A stretch of 64,000 nt of DNA from an uncultured Gammaproteobacteria bacterium. Lineage in GTDB: Bacteria; Patescibacteriota; Patescibacteriia; S139-126. Positions 59,908 to 64,000 of the stretch are shown here, in pieces (within the stretch, counting starts at the first letter, position 1; every line of letters begins with the position of its first letter). Under the pieces are notes generated by a model that had not been told where the DNA came from, ran no database searches, and saw only the letters and a list, made by a program, of their open reading frames with translations. Made by a program: the position numbers and the translations under genes. The stretch is taken from positions 158,524 to 222,523 of the forward strand of contig CAZUKA010000001.1 in the NCBI GenBank assembly GCA_964620905.1. Direction: 5' to 3'.

Positions 59908-60918
59908 TTAAAGCTTTCTGATAATCCCTTTATTGGCATCGACTTCCACACTATTGCCATCTCTGAAGATATGAGTCGCTATCTTTGTACCAATAATACA
60001 AGGTTTTTTCAGCTCACGTGACACAATTGCCGCGTGACAGGTAATTCCCCCTTCATTGGTAACAATTGCCGCTGCCTTCTTCATTGCTACTAAATAACGA
60101 GGGTCTGTCATTGAAGCTACAAGGATTTCATTCTTATTAAACTTATTTAAATCATTCATCTTCCTAATTATTTTTACGACCCCCTTTGTCTTACCTGGAT
60201 AAGCGATGCTACCGCGAAGAAACATTTTTTCTTTCACTAGCTTTTTCTTTAATTTAAAGTAAAGTTTTCCACGGCTATAAAAATTAAACTTACGGTCTTT
60301 GATTCGCAATAATAAAAAATCTTTTCTATTACTTAAATTATTAGGTAAAATGGAAGATGATAAGAAGTGTTGCAATTCACTGTCAGTCATATAGATCAAG
60401 CTCCCTTTTTTAATCTGTCTTTGACGTTCGATTATAGCTAATAGTTCAAACTCATAACTAAATGACAATTTATGTACGTTTTCAAATTTTTTTCTTGATC
60501 TCAATAAGAGTTTCTTTTCTGATTCATTCAAGTACTGACAATATACTGGCAAATAAGCTGACAAAAAAATTATTTCAGTGAAGTGAGACATCCATTTATG
60601 TAATTCCACTAAACTTAATAACGAGTTACTTGTTCTAATGGATAAAAACTCATTAAATTCCTTTAACCGCGTGAACTCAAAATCAATGAACTTCTTTAAA
60701 CCTTTAGATCCTTGGCATTTAAACCAACCATTTGTAAATTTTTTTAAATCATTTTCAACAAGATAATAATAAAATATATCTTTCTCTACCAATATATAAA
60801 AAGGATTCCAGTGAAAACCCGAGCGTTTCTCAAGATATTTACTTTGAAGCTGATTAAATACTACGGATGTGCCTAAAACAGAATAATCGCGTTGATGAGA
60901 TTGGTAATTTAATTTCAT
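59908..60918 (-). CDS. Phospho-His swivel domain protein, array member 3
   Basis: ILVASMTDPRY...IVTNEGGITCHAAIVSRELKKPCIIGTKIAT. Confidence 0.9.
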   Translation of the reverse strand: MKLNYQSHQRDYSVLGTSVVFNQLQSKYLEKRSGFHWNPFYILVEKDIFYYYLVENDLKKFTNGWFKCQGSKGLKKFIDFEFTRLKEFNEFLSIRTSNSLLSLVELHKWMSHFTEIIFLSAYLPVYCQYLNESEKKLLLRSRKKFENVHKLSFSYEFELLAIIERQRQIKKGSLIYMTDSELQHFLSSSILPNNLSNRKDFLLLRIKDRKFNFYSRGKLYFKLKKKLVKEKMFLRGSIAYPGKTKGVVKIIRKMNDLNKFNKNEILVASMTDPRYLVAMKKAAAIVTNEGGITCHAAIVSRELKKPCIIGTKIATHIFRDGNSVEVDANKGIIRKL

Positions 60919-62363
60919 AATTTTTTAATTATGCCTTTATTTGCATCAACTTCCACTCTATCGCCATCCATCAATACTTGAGTGGATATTTTTGTTCCTA
61001 TAACACAAGGGATGTCCAACTCACGAGAAATTACTGCCGCGTGACAGGTAATTCCTCCTTCATCAGTGACAATAGCCGCGGCTTTTCTCATCGCTACTAT
61101 ATAATCTGGCAGGGTCATTCCACAAACCAAAATATCATTTTTTTTGACTTTTTTTAGTGCTTCAGCAGCACCGCTACATACCTTTACGGTTCCAATTACT
61201 TTACCTTTTGAAACTGGAATACCGCATATAAAATCTCCTATTTTTTTATTAGTAGTTTCTTTAATAAATTTGTTTTTAATTTTTATTGCATCTTGACCAC
61301 TATAAATAATTTCTTTGTTTTTTGTGATGTAAACAGCCGCTCCTTTTTTTCTTTTACTAATTAATTTATAATTAACTTCATTACCTTTCAATAAATCAAT
61401 AACTTCATTGAAAAATAACCACTCGAGATCATTAAGTTTCAATTTTTTTCGTCTAGATATTTCTTTTAGTAATAGATAAAAAGAATAAACGGATTTGGCT
61501 TGCATTTCTTTTCTTAACTCGTGAATTTCCGCATATTTATCAAAAAAATCAAGCCAGTGAGTTATTTTTTTATTGATTAGAAATTTATTAATAATTTTGT
61601 TTTTTTCTTCTTTTAAATTTTTCAAATAGTTTTTATCTCGAACCAAAATCTTTTTTAAATCAGTCTTTTTCTGATACTGTTTAATTATTTTTCTAAAATC
61701 ATCGTAAACCAATGGCTTCATGTTTTCCCAACCAATTTTTGTCCACCAATACTTATTATATAACTTACTAATCTCATGTTCATATATTTTTTTCTTTAAC
61801 GCCAATCTTATAATACTTATTTCTTCTCGTTTACTAAAAGAAAGATAAACCGGATTGGAAAGAATATTATAAATGTAATTTAAATTATCCATTTTTATTT
61901 TTTTTGAATAATTTTTAATTTTCGATTTTAAAAATATTTCTGACACAAAATCAATCGCGTCAACATCTGTGTTTAATAAACCATGGGCAGGAGAAGTTTG
62001 GTCAATCAAAAAATAAAAAAAATTTAAAATTTCTTTATCAGATAAATTTGTTAAGTCTGTATTTCTGATCTCTTCTGAAGCTTTAAAAGCTTTAGCAATT
62101 AAGTTGTATATTTTATTTAGGTGATAATCTTTATTTTTCTTTATACTACAAAATTTAAGTATTTTTTTTCCTAAATTTTGTAATTCCTTTTTCGACCATC
62201 CCCACCAAAGTTTATCACCAATATTTATATAAAAAGTTGAATAAAATTTGCCAATATTCAGCCTACTGCTATAATTTTTTAAACCATAAAATACAATATC
62301 AGCCCGAAAAGGTTGGATTGTACCACGCGTATACCACACCCAGATTATTCTATCTTTTTTCAT
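60915..62363 (-). CDS. Phospho-His swivel domain protein, array member 2
   Basis: ILVCGMTLPDY...IVTDEGGITCHAAVISRELDIPCVIGTKIST. Confidence 0.9.
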   Translation of the reverse strand: MKKDRIIWVWYTRGTIQPFRADIVFYGLKNYSSRLNIGKFYSTFYINIGDKLWWGWSKKELQNLGKKILKFCSIKKNKDYHLNKIYNLIAKAFKASEEIRNTDLTNLSDKEILNFFYFLIDQTSPAHGLLNTDVDAIDFVSEIFLKSKIKNYSKKIKMDNLNYIYNILSNPVYLSFSKREEISIIRLALKKKIYEHEISKLYNKYWWTKIGWENMKPLVYDDFRKIIKQYQKKTDLKKILVRDKNYLKNLKEEKNKIINKFLINKKITHWLDFFDKYAEIHELRKEMQAKSVYSFYLLLKEISRRKKLKLNDLEWLFFNEVIDLLKGNEVNYKLISKRKKGAAVYITKNKEIIYSGQDAIKIKNKFIKETTNKKIGDFICGIPVSKGKVIGTVKVCSGAAEALKKVKKNDILVCGMTLPDYIVAMRKAAAIVTDEGGITCHAAVISRELDIPCVIGTKISTQVLMDGDRVEVDANKGIIKKL

Positions 62364-63843
62364 CTATTTTTATTATGCCTTTATTTGCATCAACTTCTAC
62401 TTTATCCCCATCCTTAATTATATCTAAAATTCCCTGTACTCCAACTACAGCAGGTTTCCCTAGCTCTCTTGAGACAATTGCTGCATGACTGGTAATTCCA
62501 CCTTCTTCTGTAATAACCGCGCCTGCTTTTCTCATAAGAGGAACATATTCTGGTCTAGTATTCGGCGCTACCAATATCTCCCCTTTTTTTAATTTATAAA
62601 AATCACGTTTATCTTTGATAATTTTTGTTCTTCCAACAGCAATACCAGGAGAGATTGGCAAACCAGTAAATATATTTTGGTTGCTAAATTTTTTGTTTAA
62701 AGATTTTAGTAATCTTATCCTTAATTCATCTTTAATAATAATCAAATTGTCTTTTTTTGGAATATAATAAATAATTCCATTAACTCTGCGTTTTTTTATT
62801 TCTAACCATTCTTTTTTTTCAAAATTAAAAGCTTTTGAATATTCACGCCAATCTAAATATTCAATAACAGATAAAGGTATATTACATCTTCTTGATAATT
62901 CTTTAGCAAATCTTTTTAAAATTTTTCCAGCTATCTGATTAGCTGCTTTTCTATCATCTCGCCAGGTAGAAATAATATTTAGAAAATCTGCAATTTTATA
63001 TAATTCTGATTTCTTATTTCTTTTTATTTTTATGTTTTGGTGTTTAATCTTATGTAAACGTTCCTGAATAAGACGTTTATAAAAATATGATAATGGCAAA
63101 CTAACAATTGAGCTGTAATCATTATGTAACCAATCAAACTCATGTTGATGATTTTGTAAAAGTCGATAAAAATGGGGGTATTTATCTTTCAGGTTGTCTA
63201 ACTGAATTCCTTGATTTATGCTCTTATTTAGTGGATATATTTTTTTTGATAAATTGACTAAATTATTAAATTTTGTCTTTTCTTTTATAAAAATAGTTTT
63301 ATAGTCGTGATTAAATAAACTATTTAAATCTGACTTATAGTTAATTAAATTATTTTTTTTAAAAAAAATGTTTAAAAATTGATCACTATAATAATCAAAC
63401 GCATCATGAAAAATTGCATTTTGCCATAACCGAAGATAACATTTAGAAAAACTTTCAAAATTTAATATTAATTTTTTATCAGAATACTTTTTTAAATCTT
63501 GATTTTCTAAATATTTAACTTTTTTTACAAAATTTTTCAAATTATTTATTAACCAAAAATTTCTTGCAGATTTAATAAAATTTTTGTTTGACTTTTGTTT
63601 TTTAATATAAAAATTGGCTACTTTGATAAGATTATTGACACTAAGCCAATCATTCATAAAATCATCTTTTATATCTAAAATAATATCACGGTAATATATG
63701 TTTAAAGGTTTATTTTTTAAATAAAAATTTCCACATGCAGATAAAGGGTAAGATCCATAAAATAATTTTGCAGCTAAACCTTGACGGTACCATTTAATAT
63801 TTTTAAAATGTATTAAATTTATCTTATTATCTTTTTTTGACAT
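62350..63843 (-). CDS. Phospho-His swivel domain protein, array member 1
   Basis: ILVAPNTRPEY...VITEEGGITSHAAIVSRELGKPAVVG. Confidence 0.9.
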   Translation of the reverse strand: MSKKDNKINLIHFKNIKWYRQGLAAKLFYGSYPLSACGNFYLKNKPLNIYYRDIILDIKDDFMNDWLSVNNLIKVANFYIKKQKSNKNFIKSARNFWLINNLKNFVKKVKYLENQDLKKYSDKKLILNFESFSKCYLRLWQNAIFHDAFDYYSDQFLNIFFKKNNLINYKSDLNSLFNHDYKTIFIKEKTKFNNLVNLSKKIYPLNKSINQGIQLDNLKDKYPHFYRLLQNHQHEFDWLHNDYSSIVSLPLSYFYKRLIQERLHKIKHQNIKIKRNKKSELYKIADFLNIISTWRDDRKAANQIAGKILKRFAKELSRRCNIPLSVIEYLDWREYSKAFNFEKKEWLEIKKRRVNGIIYYIPKKDNLIIIKDELRIRLLKSLNKKFSNQNIFTGLPISPGIAVGRTKIIKDKRDFYKLKKGEILVAPNTRPEYVPLMRKAGAVITEEGGITSHAAIVSRELGKPAVVGVQGILDIIKDGDKVEVDANKGIIKIDEKR

Positions 63844-63898
63844 TTTTTTGAAATAATATTACCTCTAATCAAATGGTCTTAAAATGTTTTTTTAAACA

Positions 63899-63931
63899 AT
63901 TATACCAACTGGTGTTTATAAAAACACCAGT
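63899..63931 (-). promoter_or_regulatory. Extended -10 promoter and adjacent palindrome upstream of the array
   Basis: Minus strand TGG-TATAAT (63907-63899), directly preceded by the perfect palindrome ACTGGTGTTT-ataa-AAACACCAGT (63908-63931). Confidence 0.55.
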
Positions 63932-64000
63932 GATATTATTTACTTGATTAATTGTGATGATTAAAATATTTTCTAAAATAAATTTTTCAAACCCTCCCAC

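Noticed and set aside
189-62488. Short track ORFs antisense to or nested in real genes (e.g. 189-371, 3990-4442, 9997-10242, 47284-47577, 57214-57597, 59187-59498, 62237-62488)
   Set aside because: Shadow frames of well-supported genes with no motifs. The similar antisense ORFs in the array just mirror the conserved swivel domain.
50154-63843. Reading the locus as a fragmented ppsA/PEP synthase or PTS enzyme I pseudogene
   Set aside because: All ORFs are intact and coupled, there are seven distinct His domains each with its own long N-domain, and no pyruvate-binding barrel or HPr-binding domain is present.
1-64000. Alternative genetic code (TGA recoding as in Gracilibacteria/SR1)
   Set aside because: Conserved genes are full length in code 11 and several end in TGA at their expected C-termini (secA, serS, corA).

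Overview
AT-rich bacterial chromosome segment in standard code 11 (TGA is used as a stop, e.g. secA and corA). Gene content and style suggest a Patescibacteria/CPR (Parcubacteria-like) genome; this is inferred, not tested. Positions 1-50 kb are mostly housekeeping: pilC/pilB, a partial dcw cluster (mraY-murD-ftsW-murG-murC plus a degenerate mini-murB), hpf, secA, secDF, greA, five aminoacyl-tRNA synthetases, priA-def-fmt, a sortase with its surface-protein substrate, tRNA-Gln, dnaX, a VirD4-like ATPase, corA and mreBCD-mrdA. The standout is 50.1-63.9 kb. Seven tightly coupled paralogous genes each pair a divergent N-terminal domain with a conserved C-terminal phospho-histidine swivel domain, and none has an ATP-binding domain. 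They are followed by a histidine phosphatase, a divergent transcarbamylase, an inverted M20 amidohydrolase and one stand-alone PEP-synthase-type ATP-grasp gene. This reads as a split, one-to-many dikinase system related to rifampin phosphotransferase and phenylphosphate synthase. Other observations: a dif-like 28-bp site where gene orientation switches, SecD with an apparently circularly permuted parvulin insert, a LysRS-HD fusion, a structured intergenic RNA candidate after secA, and several leaderless promoters. All calls are from reading motifs by eye; no searches were run.
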